This document shows positions 1 to 8,321 of a stretch of DNA of 28,733 nucleotides, piece by piece. Position 1 is the first letter of the stretch. Every line of letters begins with the position of its first letter. Position numbers and translations under genes: made by a program. Under the pieces are notes generated by a model, which worked only from the letters and a program-made list of their open reading frames with translations, had not been told where the DNA came from and did not search any database. Origin of the DNA: a virus (Duplodnaviria; Caudoviricetes); IMG/VR virus record IMGVR_UViG_3300031519_010894, positions 1 through 28,733 of that record, one strand, 5' to 3'.

Positions 1-105
1 TACCCCTTGGCGACCACTGCGCCAAATCGTTGCCTGTGTCGGGAGGTCTCGGCTACTTTAATGGCTTGCCGGATTATGGACATACTTAAATCGGTAGTTG
101 CGAAT

Positions 106-309
106 TTAATGAATTGTTTCTTTGGGCAAATCGATAGTCGCGGGGAGCATCTCTATGATTTGGGCGATGTAGTCTGCTTTGCCGATGACCATACCGGGGA
201 TTTCGTCGTCATCGTCAAGCAGCTCAACATGGGGGATTGCCATTTCCCACCCCAAGTCCCTGCAAGCATCGACAAGTCTGAGGATTTGTTCCTGTTTGGT
301 TAGTGGCAT
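106..309 (-). CDS. Small hypothetical protein (67 aa)
   Basis: ATG ORF with protein-like composition, co-oriented with the neighbouring leftward genes. Confidence 0.6.
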   Translation of the reverse strand: MPLTKQEQILRLVDACRDLGWEMAIPHVELLDDDDEIPGMVIGKADYIAQIIEMLPATIDLPKETIH

Positions 310-434
310 GTGGAGATTCTAGCACCTTATTAAGGCCCGATAAATCGCGAGGGGATTTTTTGTCGAGCAGGGGGGGGGAATTAGTCTCTTGAAAAAATCC
401 GCCCAGATTAGTGCGTGAAGGGTGCGGGGAATAT

Positions 435-656
435 TTAGTGCAAATCCAAGAAGGGATTTTTCAACTTTCCATCTGCTTCTCCAAGTGCATCCCCTAGCCT
501 TATCAGAAACATTGCTGCACCCATTATGATCCGTGAGCCTTCTTCTTCCGAATACACTCCCGCAGCCACGTTCGATCTAACTTCTCCAAAAAGCTTTTCG
601 GAAGCTTCGCTGATTGCGTTGCCAAATGCGACATCTGAACTATTAGAATCCGACAT
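435..656 (-). CDS. Small hypothetical protein (73 aa, MSDSNSS...)
   Basis: ATG at 656 lies just after the nuclease stop at 665, so it is preferred over the overlapping start at 740. Confidence 0.55.
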   Translation of the reverse strand: MSDSNSSDVAFGNAISEASEKLFGEVRSNVAAGVYSEEEGSRIIMGAAMFLIRLGDALGEADGKLKNPFLDLH

Positions 657-664
657 TGCGCGAC

Positions 665-1204
665 CTAGCTTACGTAGCCTAGCCCTTTTAGGGCTGGTCC
701 CAATTTTTCCCAGAAGCCACTGCCGCTTCTGGGCGCCCAAGGCTCTCGTTTCCCGCCAAAGTAGGGGACCGCATGTCCTTCGTCTATCATTGCTTGGTTG
801 ATATTAATACCATCCGCGAATACGATAGCGATCACACGGCCAAATTTGCCGCGAGGCTTATTCTTATCTACGCAAAGCTCAATACGATTTGCTCTCGCCA
901 AGAGCCCGGTGAGTCTTTTTTTGGCGGCGATGCCTGCTGATTTTTCCTCTAGGTTCTTGGTGCGGGATTCAGGAGTGTTAATACCGTACATTCGGATTTT
1001 CACATCTTCCAATGTGACACTAAACCCCAAGTAGATATCCACCACCAAGGTATCCCCATCGGTAACTCGCTCGACAGACGCAGGGTATTTCGAGCAGGAA
1101 ACTTCGTTGAGTTCCACAATCGCCGAAGCTTGGCTTGGGGATAGAATGTATATCAACGAAAATAAAAATAGTGACGCAGCTCTATTTTGATACTTTTTCT
1201 TCAT
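665..1204 (-). CDS. Thermonuclease (SNase-like) with N-terminal signal peptide
   Basis: Motifs VTDGDT, IRMYGINTPE, GKFGRVIA and NINQAMIDEGHA. The N-terminus is basic then hydrophobic and ends in A-S-A. Confidence 0.88.
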   Translation of the reverse strand: MKKKYQNRAASLFLFSLIYILSPSQASAIVELNEVSCSKYPASVERVTDGDTLVVDIYLGFSVTLEDVKIRMYGINTPESRTKNLEEKSAGIAAKKRLTGLLARANRIELCVDKNKPRGKFGRVIAIVFADGININQAMIDEGHAVPYFGGKREPWAPRSGSGFWEKLGPALKGLGYVS

Positions 1205-1566
1205 TGGTCATATAGTACACCCTTGCGATTGACCTTTGCAAACTTAGGTATCCGCAATATGAGATCGTGATCCCCGCTAAGAACAGGGGTTATTATTTTT
1301 TTCTTTATTTCTTCAGCGGTCGTGCCGATAGCTTCAGCCAGAGCCTTAAAGCTAAAGCAGTATTCTTCTTCATCGGAGGCGAACCACTCCATCGCAGCCT
1401 CGCGATCTCGGGCGTCTTTCGATATTAAATCTTGGAAAGACAAGAATAATAGTTCAAACATCATATATTGCTCAGAACTGGTGTCGTATCTGGATTCGCT
1501 TACGTCGCTTGAGCACCCTATTCCTGCGACTTTTCTGATTATGATTTCCCTATTTACAATGGGCAT
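1201..1566 (-). CDS. Hypothetical protein, paralog 1 of a helical 'E..L..D..A..W...SF...G' family
   Basis: EQYMMFELLFLSFQDL...AAMEWF...FSFKALAEAIG aligns by eye with 6201..6749 and 16221..16601. GAGG lies upstream of the ATG, and there is an ATGA overlap with the nuclease gene. Confidence 0.75.
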   Translation of the reverse strand: MPIVNREIIIRKVAGIGCSSDVSESRYDTSSEQYMMFELLFLSFQDLISKDARDREAAMEWFASDEEEYCFSFKALAEAIGTTAEEIKKKIITPVLSGDHDLILRIPKFAKVNRKGVLYDQ

Positions 1567-1584
1567 AAGATCCTCGGTAGTTAT

Positions 1585-1645
1585 ATTTTATAAAGTTGGC
1601 GCAACTTCACCAATAGAGCAACTGATTACGCCAATAGTAAGTTGG
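1585..1645 (-). promoter_or_regulatory. Putative promoter/operator region for the leftward 1566 gene
   Basis: Palindrome AAGTTG-GCG-CAACTT (1593-1607), CCAATAG repeated at 1610 and 1631, and an AT-rich -10-like TATAAAAT on the minus strand. Confidence 0.4.
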
Positions 1646-1652
1646 ACTTCCC

Positions 1653-2183
1653 TTAAGTGCGCTTAGCTTGGGTTAACCGGAGCTGCTCGATTAAGGACGC
1701 GGTGGGGTTCATCCCTGCGGGGCCAACGATCAGCCTATCCCCATACTTATAATCGCGAATCTTGCTGTTCTTGATAAAGTCTTCTCGGCTAATCCATCCA
1801 AAAATATCAAGCGCACGAAAATGTTTGTCGCTCGGGTACACCAAGATTCCAATATCTTCCTTGAACTCATCTGGGTTCGCGGATTGCAGGGCGAAATCCC
1901 AGCCCCTTTTTTTTCGGAATTTCACCGAAGCAGTGCGACCATCCGATAGGGTGAGGTCGCCCTTGTTCTTGTCGCCGCCCGTCAGAAGCTCCCAGTTGAG
2001 AGAGGCCCCGAGTAGCCTTGCCGCCGCAAACTCGGCCCGCATTCCTTCTAAGTGAATCTGGAGATCGGACTTGCTGGGATCAAACCTTTTGCTTTGCACG
2101 TTCCGGGATTCTTTATTAAGCTGCCGCTCTTCCGCCTTGCCCCGAATTTCCACATCTTCCGCCGCCGTTATTTCGTATAACAC
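1653..2183 (-). CDS. Hypothetical phage protein, possible PD-(D/E)XK nuclease-like fold
   Basis: GTG start with a GGGGAGG RBS. The pattern GMRAE(helix)...GDL...SVK resembles the E...D...(D/E)xK motif, but the last acidic position is Ser. Confidence 0.55.
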   Translation of the reverse strand: MLYEITAAEDVEIRGKAEERQLNKESRNVQSKRFDPSKSDLQIHLEGMRAEFAAARLLGASLNWELLTGGDKNKGDLTLSDGRTASVKFRKKRGWDFALQSANPDEFKEDIGILVYPSDKHFRALDIFGWISREDFIKNSKIRDYKYGDRLIVGPAGMNPTASLIEQLRLTQAKRT

Positions 2184-2213
2184 GCTTCCCCTCCCCGCTA
2201 GCCTATTTCACGT

Positions 2214-2228
2214 TTATTGAACCAATAA
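2214..2228. promoter_or_regulatory. Palindromic operator-like site between divergent genes
   Basis: TTATTG-AAC-CAATAA sits in the gap between the leftward 2183 gene and the XRE gene. Confidence 0.35.
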
Positions 2229-2286
2229 GTCCAAAGGTGTAGCCTAGGATAAAACACCCGTCAAACGAAAGCCCAGGGAGGGCGCT

Positions 2287-2586
2287 ATGGCACAATCCAC
2301 ATTCGGAGTAATCATTCGGAACCTACGGGAAGACGCTGGAATTTCCTTAAGAAAATTATCCAAACTGGTAGAGATGAGCCCCGCGTACCTCTCGAAGCTG
2401 GAGCGGGATCTTCTTCCTCCCCCTAGCGAGGATTATATTTGCGCGATGGCCGAGGTTCTTGAGACGGACCCCGATATCCTTTTGGCAAAGGCGGGGAAGG
2501 TGCATCCCGACATCATCCAAAAAATCGTAGACAGCCCAAGTATCGCGAGTCACATTCGGGAGGGGTTGTACACGGGGCCAGACTAA
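2287..2586 (+). CDS. XRE/Cro-CI family helix-turn-helix regulator
   Basis: FGVIIRNLREDAGISLRKLSKLVEMSPAYLSKLERD...PPS is a classic HTH_3 pattern. GGGAGG RBS. Confidence 0.92.
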   Translation: MAQSTFGVIIRNLREDAGISLRKLSKLVEMSPAYLSKLERDLLPPPSEDYICAMAEVLETDPDILLAKAGKVHPDIIQKIVDSPSIASHIREGLYTGPD

Positions 2587-2588
2587 GG

Positions 2589-3272
2589 CTAGTCGCGGGG
2601 TTTGAACTTGGACTCAATGTGGGCGCTGATATTCTTTATCTTTTGAGCAATTTCAACCCAGCCCTCCGCATTCACGGCGTTCTCCAAGAAAGTGGCAATC
2701 ACATCATCGGGGGTAGTGGCAATTTCGGAAAGGGAGTTAGCAAAATCTAAGGCCAGCGACACGGCGCCTTTTTCGTACTTATTGCTGCCCTCAAGCTTCA
2801 TCTCGTCGCGAAACTTTCTAACCGAGTACTTAGGGTTATTAATTTTATTCTCTTCAGCGATTTCGAGAAGTTTAATCGCGGGCTCTCCGGTTCTAGTAGC
2901 CGCATCGGCTGCGGCTTCATAGAAGGAAATTTCCTTAAGGTAGAACTTTGCATCTTTCCCAAGTTCTTCAAATCGGGGAAGAAGTATTTCTCTGTATATT
3001 TTCCCAAGTCTAGAAATTCTGCTCTTGTGCATCTCGAACATCTTAGCAAGCTCTTCGGTTACGGACTCGCCAGGCCCTGCTTTTTCTTGCGCCAGCCCTA
3101 CACAAACAGCCATACTCATCCAAGAACCTTGGAAAACATCTCGAACTTGCTTAAAGGCTTCGGCGATAGTTTCAACCGTAGCGCTGCTTAGTGCTTCCTT
3201 TACTTCGACGGGATTAATAACCCTGTCAACATAGGAAACGCCATCAAAGAATTGAAGGTGCTGGTTATCCAC
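2589..3272 (-). CDS. Hypothetical protein with HTH-like segment (LmbU-like pattern, tentative)
   Basis: 227 aa ORF with an HTH-like ELAKMFEMHKSRISRLGKIY followed by ISFYEAAA...LLEIAEEN...YSVRKFR. Confidence 0.6.
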   Translation of the reverse strand: MDNQHLQFFDGVSYVDRVINPVEVKEALSSATVETIAEAFKQVRDVFQGSWMSMAVCVGLAQEKAGPGESVTEELAKMFEMHKSRISRLGKIYREILLPRFEELGKDAKFYLKEISFYEAAADAATRTGEPAIKLLEIAEENKINNPKYSVRKFRDEMKLEGSNKYEKGAVSLALDFANSLSEIATTPDDVIATFLENAVNAEGWVEIAQKIKNISAHIESKFKPRD

Positions 3273-3479
3273 TTAGTGCTTGCTCCCACCATCGCGGTTC
3301 ATCATTGCCGCAGTCCCGGCCTTGGCTATAATGTCCTGAAAAGTAGAAGCGGCATCTGATGCCATCTTCTGCTGATTCTGGTGCCCCCGGAGCCCGGCGA
3401 TTAAGGCAAACGCCAGTACCATAAGGCCCAAGGAGCCAATCCCGGTTACAAATCCAAGTAAGAAAAATGTCCATTCCAT
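3273..3479 (-). CDS. Small membrane protein (68 aa)
   Basis: ATG at 3479 with GAGGG RBS, and a hydrophobic N-terminus WTFFLLGFVTGIGSLGLMVLAFALIAG. Confidence 0.65.
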   Translation of the reverse strand: MEWTFFLLGFVTGIGSLGLMVLAFALIAGLRGHQNQQKMASDAASTFQDIIAKAGTAAMMNRDGGSKH

Positions 3480-3582
3480 AAAACCCTCTCTTGAGTTGCA
3501 TTCCATTTCGAGTATAGTAGAATGCCCACTTAATATAAAATATATCATCTCTTGGATTAGAGCACAACGACAAGGAAAGCGG

Positions 3583-4698
3583 ATGGAAGAAATCCCGAGA
3601 CTAGATGCCATTTTACCTCAAATGGCGCGTGCAGAAAAAGCGAAGGAAGATGAACATTTCCTTTACCGCCCCAGGGTATCTAACTCTGGCGCATGCCCCA
3701 GAGCGCTGACTTATGCAGCTCGCGGCTACGAAGCGAGGCCCCACTCGGGCCGGATGGCCCTTCTTTTCGAGGACGGTAATGTTCACGAAGAAGTTACTAT
3801 TAACTGGCTTAAGAAAACCGATTACAGGGTTTCCCACAATCAGTTAGGTCTGGATATAGCTGAGATAGAAGGAGCCCCCGAGGGGGAGTGGCATTGCGAC
3901 TTTTGCAAGCGCGACATCCCCCTCAGCATGCTGCATGGTCATATCGATGGGCTTATTATGACCGATGACATCTCGCTGTTGTTCGAGCATAAAGGTCTCG
4001 GCCAATTCGCATTTGACAACTTAAACAACGAAGCGCCAGTTGGGTACATTGGGCAGTGCTGTGCTTACATAGTTGGCCTCTGCAATAGGGGTATGGATTT
4101 CGACCAAGCTGTACTTATCGTAAAAAATAAAAATACTTCCGAGTACCGCCAAGTTAATATTACTTACGATAAGGAAATGGACCAAGCGGTTGCTTATAAT
4201 ACTTGGAATGGAGAAACGACCTACCATTACGATGTGTTAAAGCAGGTTATTGACTTGCACCAAGTTGTGGAAGAGCACCGACAGAAGGGTGAAGATTCAT
4301 TCCCCGATAGACCTTACGAAGCTTCCGATTGGCATTGCCGTTTCTGTCGATACTCAGATACCTGCTGGGGCGGTTACGCTGAGGAATTTTCGGGATACAA
4401 GGCCGTTGAAGAAGTCCCAGACACAGATGAGCTATGTGGATTGCTTGCAAATCTAGATGAAGTTAAGTCTAAAGAGAAGCTTATGAAATCTGAGTCTTCG
4501 GATCTTAGGGCGAGAATTATTGCTAGGATAAGCAGCCTTGGGATAAAGTCTGGGAAGTGCGGAGATGTGAAGTTTACAATGAAGAGCTTCAATAAAAAAA
4601 CTGTGGATAACTCCCTTATCCCAGAAGCTGTATTGGAAAAAGCAACGAAGTTTAAGACAATACAGACATTAACGACAAAGCGGATGAAAGGACTGTAA
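3583..4698 (+). CDS. Cas4-like PD-(D/E)XK exonuclease (phage recombination nuclease)
   Basis: N-terminal S..GACPR, G..HE, HIDG...FEHK, Q..AY, and C-terminal CRFCRYSDTC (1+3 Cys pattern of Cas4/AddB Fe-S clusters). Start at ATG 3583 after AAGGA. Confidence 0.82.
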   Translation: MEEIPRLDAILPQMARAEKAKEDEHFLYRPRVSNSGACPRALTYAARGYEARPHSGRMALLFEDGNVHEEVTINWLKKTDYRVSHNQLGLDIAEIEGAPEGEWHCDFCKRDIPLSMLHGHIDGLIMTDDISLLFEHKGLGQFAFDNLNNEAPVGYIGQCCAYIVGLCNRGMDFDQAVLIVKNKNTSEYRQVNITYDKEMDQAVAYNTWNGETTYHYDVLKQVIDLHQVVEEHRQKGEDSFPDRPYEASDWHCRFCRYSDTCWGGYAEEFSGYKAVEEVPDTDELCGLLANLDEVKSKEKLMKSESSDLRARIIARISSLGIKSGKCGDVKFTMKSFNKKTVDNSLIPEAVLEKATKFKTIQTLTTKRMKGL

Positions 4699-4700
4699 AA

Positions 4701-5705
4701 GTGGCTACAATAGAGTTCAACCCAGTAAAAGCAGAAAGAAAAAATGCCAAGGCTCGCATCGCGTGCTGCGGGCCTGCGGGCGCAGGAAAGACCCATAGCG
4801 CACTACGGCTAGCGGGGGAGCTTGGTGAAAAGATCTTGCTGATCGACACCGAGAACCACTCTGGCGAAATGGAGGCAGGAAAGCCCGGAATCCCCGAGTA
4901 TTTTGTTTTCCCGATTGAGCCTCCTTTTGATCCTAATAAGTTCATTGAGGCAGTTAAGGCAGCCGAGGAAAATGATTTCGATGTGGTGATTATAGATTCG
5001 CTTTCTCACGCTTGGGCGGGGAGCGGCGGGCTACTCGATCAGCAAGGCAAGATCGCAGATCGTGGGACAAATTCCTTCACTGCTTGGCGTCAGATTACTC
5101 CTAAGCACAACGCCCTAGTTGACTCGATGCTCCAAAGCTCCTGCCATATTATTGCTACAATGCGCAGCAAGCAGGAGTATGTCATCGAGGAGAACGAGCG
5201 AGGGAAGAAAGCTCCTAAGAAGGTTGGCCTTGCTCCGGTGCAGCGTGAGGGACTTGAATACGAGTTCACCATTGTTTTCGATATTGATCAGAAAACACAT
5301 ACCGCAGTTTCCACAAAGGACAGAACTTCCTTGTTCCCACCCGATAGCTCATTTGTACTCAGCAATGAGATAGGGCAAAAAATAAAAAACTGGCTGGAAG
5401 CAGGCGGGACCCCCGCCCCCGAGGAGCTGCCTGCCCCGGTAAAGGCAGAGAACAAAAGCGCAGAGGAAACTAGCCCTAAAGTCAAAGAGGGTGAAAGTGC
5501 TGAGGCTAAAGAAAAGCCGCTTAACAAGGCGGAGAAGAACAAGCTCGTGGCCCTGGCTAAAGACTGCGGGTACGAGGATATTAAGAAAGCGATATCGTTA
5601 TTCTTAGGTGAGATTGACGGACAAATTACTAGGGCCGATGCTAATAAGCTTGCCGCGAAGATGAAGGAATCCGGGCAGGGGTCTGCTCAGGAAGTGCCCT
5701 TTTAG
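4701..5705 (+). CDS. Sak4-like/AAA_24 P-loop ATPase (single-strand annealing protein)
   Basis: Walker A GPAGAGKT, IDTE, Walker B IIDSLSH, HIIATMRSK and EYEF. It lies between the exonuclease and SSB. Confidence 0.85.
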   Translation: MATIEFNPVKAERKNAKARIACCGPAGAGKTHSALRLAGELGEKILLIDTENHSGEMEAGKPGIPEYFVFPIEPPFDPNKFIEAVKAAEENDFDVVIIDSLSHAWAGSGGLLDQQGKIADRGTNSFTAWRQITPKHNALVDSMLQSSCHIIATMRSKQEYVIEENERGKKAPKKVGLAPVQREGLEYEFTIVFDIDQKTHTAVSTKDRTSLFPPDSSFVLSNEIGQKIKNWLEAGGTPAPEELPAPVKAENKSAEETSPKVKEGESAEAKEKPLNKAEKNKLVALAKDCGYEDIKKAISLFLGEIDGQITRADANKLAAKMKESGQGSAQEVPF

Positions 5706-5726
5706 AGGGATGAATAGGAGATAGTT

Positions 5727-6113
5727 ATGTCGAGTTATAATAGTATTACAATCGTTGGGAATCTTGGCCGTGACCCTGAGCAGCGCTCTATCGGGGACGG
5801 TGATCGGAGCGTAACCTCATTCCCCGTTGCGACTTCGCGTAAATATAAGACGCGGGACGGGCAGGACAAGGAAGACACCCAGTGGCACTCCGTCCAAGTT
5901 TGGGGGCCTCAAGGTGACAATTGCGCAAAGTACCTTAATAAGGGCAGCTTAGTTTTGGTTAGCGGAGAAATGCGCTACCGCAAATACACAGGCAAGGACG
6001 AGGTCGAACGTATCTCTGCGGAGATTAGCGCAGATAAGGTTCAGTTCCTTAACGCCCGAAATGGCGGCGGCAACGAAAAGACAAACCCAAGCGAGGGTGA
6101 TTTGGACTTCTAG
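5727..6113 (+). CDS. ssb: Single-stranded DNA-binding protein
   Basis: N..IVGNLGRDPE, TQWH, YLNKGSLVLVSG and an acidic C-terminal tip DLDF. AGGAG RBS. Confidence 0.96.
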   Translation: MSSYNSITIVGNLGRDPEQRSIGDGDRSVTSFPVATSRKYKTRDGQDKEDTQWHSVQVWGPQGDNCAKYLNKGSLVLVSGEMRYRKYTGKDEVERISAEISADKVQFLNARNGGGNEKTNPSEGDLDF

Positions 6114-6133
6114 TATTAGCATTGCCGAAGTCG

Positions 6134-6173
6134 ATAGGGGGGGCGGCATAAGCTGCTCCCCCTATTTTTTTTT
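6134..6173 (+). terminator. Rho-independent terminator after ssb
   Basis: Hairpin ATAGGGGGGGCGGC-ATAA-GCTGCTCCCCCTAT followed by a T-run. Confidence 0.85.
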
Positions 6174-6200
6174 GCGTAGGTTGCTATATTGACTGACTAA

Positions 6201-6749
6201 ATGCCAAAAGGAGTAGACTATGATGCTAGATGCAGAAAGTATCGAGCAAGATTAACGCGCAACGGGTGTGTTTATCACTTAGGTTATTTCGCAAAAGAAG
6301 AAGATGCCATAAAAGCTAGGTTAGATGCGGAACGCCAACACAATCGTGGTTCTAAGATCAAGTATCTTCATAGTTACTCAACTTCTTCCCTTCCCGTCGA
6401 AGTAGAAAATGATTCATATCTATACTTCCTATCCTTCAGCGGCGATAATCAACCAGAAAATCCTGAGAGGAGCTTAAGACTGGCCGTACTTGTTCAAGCA
6501 ATAAAAGATGCATTAACAAGCAAAAGACCAGAGGATCAAAAAAATGCGCGACTCTGGTTTAGAGGAAAAATAAAGAGTGAACCTACTTATTCGTTCGTAG
6601 AGATATGTGAGGTGCTAGGGTTAAGCCCGAACTTTGTACAGCGAGGGATGAAAAAGGCCAACCGGAATAAAAAGAAAACTCTTCAATCACTAGGGAGAAG
6701 ACTCGTTAGATCCACAAGGCCGGTGAGTGAGCAAAATGAACAAGGATGA
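6201..6749 (+). CDS. AP2-like DNA-binding domain fused to paralog 2 of the helical family
   Basis: N-terminal KGV.Y...KYRARL...YHLGYF..EEDAIKAR..AE is the AP2-like motif of phage HNH-AP2 proteins. C-terminal PERSLRLAVLVQAIKD...ARLWF...YSFVEICEVLG. Confidence 0.8.
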   Translation: MPKGVDYDARCRKYRARLTRNGCVYHLGYFAKEEDAIKARLDAERQHNRGSKIKYLHSYSTSSLPVEVENDSYLYFLSFSGDNQPENPERSLRLAVLVQAIKDALTSKRPEDQKNARLWFRGKIKSEPTYSFVEICEVLGLSPNFVQRGMKKANRNKKKTLQSLGRRLVRSTRPVSEQNEQG

Positions 6750-7224
6750 TCTAATCAAAGGGTTCGTAGACGGCAACTCTGACGTAGGCCAGTACGCCTC
6801 CAAGAATAAAATCTCGGCCCACAAGCTTCGCAAGATGGGCCGAGAAGTCTTGGGGGAAAAGGGCTGGATAGATGCGGTCACTTCAAAGAAGAAGAAGCAG
6901 TCTCAGTATGTCCTAGGTCGATCCTTCGAGTACAGGACCAGGGACATCTTTGAGAAAGCTGGCTATTTTGTTTTTCGGTCCGCGCAGTCCAGGGGGGTTG
7001 CAGATTTAATAGCCTTCAAGAAGGGTGAGGTTTTATTCATTCAGTGCAAGCGAAGCGGGGGCATAGATAGGGCGGAAGTTAATAAGCTTTTGAATCAATG
7101 TATAGAGATTGGGGTAACCCCACTTCTCGCCGAAAGACCAGACGGCAGGGAAACCAAACTATACGAAATTCATCGGGAAAACGGCAAGATAAAAAAAGAG
7201 CTATTCGAAATTAAGGATCAATAA
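6736..7224 (+). CDS. Hjc-like (archaeal-type) Holliday junction resolvase with N-terminal extension
   Basis: GRSFEY...GYFVFRSAQSRGVADLIAFKKGEVLFIQCK matches the Hjc PD-(D/E)XK pattern. The start could also be 6727. Confidence 0.8.
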   Translation: MNKDDLIKGFVDGNSDVGQYASKNKISAHKLRKMGREVLGEKGWIDAVTSKKKKQSQYVLGRSFEYRTRDIFEKAGYFVFRSAQSRGVADLIAFKKGEVLFIQCKRSGGIDRAEVNKLLNQCIEIGVTPLLAERPDGRETKLYEIHRENGKIKKELFEIKDQ

Positions 7225-7828
7225 GGAAAATCGCACAGTCTTCTATCTCGCCCCTGCTCCAAGTCCATACCCCAGCATCGGCGTAAAGCTTCCTTGCTTC
7301 TCTGTACTCCGCCACGGGCATTGAGCATTTTTTGATTTGTCTTTGGTAGAATATTTTTAAGTTGTTCGGTAGTTGCTCGTAGCTAGGCCAGTTGCTCTCC
7401 ATGCACATGTCGGTGATCAAGACTGGGACGTTTGCATTCTCCAAGCAGATATTGAAGAGCATCCTGTGGTCAAAGTGCCCATATTCTCCAATTGGGTTAT
7501 GAGAGAATATGTAGTCTGTTTTTATTTCAGCCACTCTCGTCGCGATGTCGGAGTATACGTCGGCAAGAAGGGGAGGGTTGGCCTGCCTGGATGGGGTTTT
7601 GTAGAACCCGGAGTTGTAATCAATGCAGGTGAGTTGGACATTATATCTTTGGCAAAGCTCCTGAAGTGGCTCCTTCCTCCTTCTACACCATTCCCTTTCA
7701 GGATTGTTAGCATCGGTAGAGCACATTATTATTTTGACATCGTAGCTATCGTCAAAGAATATCGGCCAACCCCAAAGTATCTCATCGTCGGGGTGTGCCA
7801 TCACCATTGTAATCGACTTATTGCTCAT
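7211..7828 (-). CDS. PIG-L/LmbE family N-deacetylase
   Basis: Metal-binding motifs AHPDDE and HNPIGEYGHFDH. Confidence 0.88.
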   Translation of the reverse strand: MSNKSITMVMAHPDDEILWGWPIFFDDSYDVKIIMCSTDANNPEREWCRRRKEPLQELCQRYNVQLTCIDYNSGFYKTPSRQANPPLLADVYSDIATRVAEIKTDYIFSHNPIGEYGHFDHRMLFNICLENANVPVLITDMCMESNWPSYEQLPNNLKIFYQRQIKKCSMPVAEYREARKLYADAGVWTWSRGEIEDCAIFLIDP

Positions 7829-8321
7829 CTATAATTTTCCTAACCTCGGTCATTGCATCACTCCAGCTACCATTGAATATTATATATTTTATTTTAAGCT
7901 CATTTAGCAAATCAATTGTTTCCGAATACAAATTTAAATAAGACGGGCCATATTCTTGACCTGCAGAGAAGTCATCAATTAGCAAATCAACATCTAATCC
8001 AGAAAGGAATCTAGGCTTTTCAATTGAACTCTTAACTATATTAATAGAGTCAAATTTAAATTTGTGAAAATTTAGCCAGTCTTCAGTTATGCTAAATGCA
8101 TCTTCAAAGTTTCTAGCTGATAGTATGTGGACCTCAGACTTTTCTGATATTTCACTTATCGACTCTACCGAATAAGGGAGTGGTTCATCCTTCATTATTT
8201 CCGCCCTAGTAAAAGCACTGGGGTGAATTGAATTTCCGGGAAACTTTGGCAGTGCCCATTTTTGGATTCTTATCCAGTGGTTGTTAAGCGTACTGTCTAA
8301 ATCAACATATACTTTTTTCAT
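7818..8321 (-). CDS. HAD-superfamily phosphatase (5'(3')-deoxyribonucleotidase-like)
   Basis: Motif I VYVDLDSTL, motif II ILSAR, motif III Lys (IEKP) and motif IV LIDD. Confidence 0.82.
   Translation of the reverse strand: MKKVYVDLDSTLNNHWIRIQKWALPKFPGNSIHPSAFTRAEIMKDEPLPYSVESISEISEKSEVHILSARNFEDAFSITEDWLNFHKFKFDSINIVKSSIEKPRFLSGLDVDLLIDDFSAGQEYGPSYLNLYSETIDLLNELKIKYIIFNGSWSDAMTEVRKIIDEQ

Noticed and set aside
353-400. G9 tract (370-378) flanked by a GGATTTTTT/AAAAAATCC inverted repeat, as a phase-variable or invertible switch
   Set aside because: The repeat is short and low-complexity, there is no recombinase, and no clear promoter spans it.
3583-4698. CRISPR-Cas locus suggested by the Cas4-like protein
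   Set aside because: There is no cas1, cas2 or repeat-spacer array, and the context is a Sak4-like/SSB recombination module.
7373-7834. 153 aa plus-strand ORF and the other short overlapping ORFs in the track
   Set aside because: They lie opposite or inside genes with clear family motifs and have no motifs of their own.
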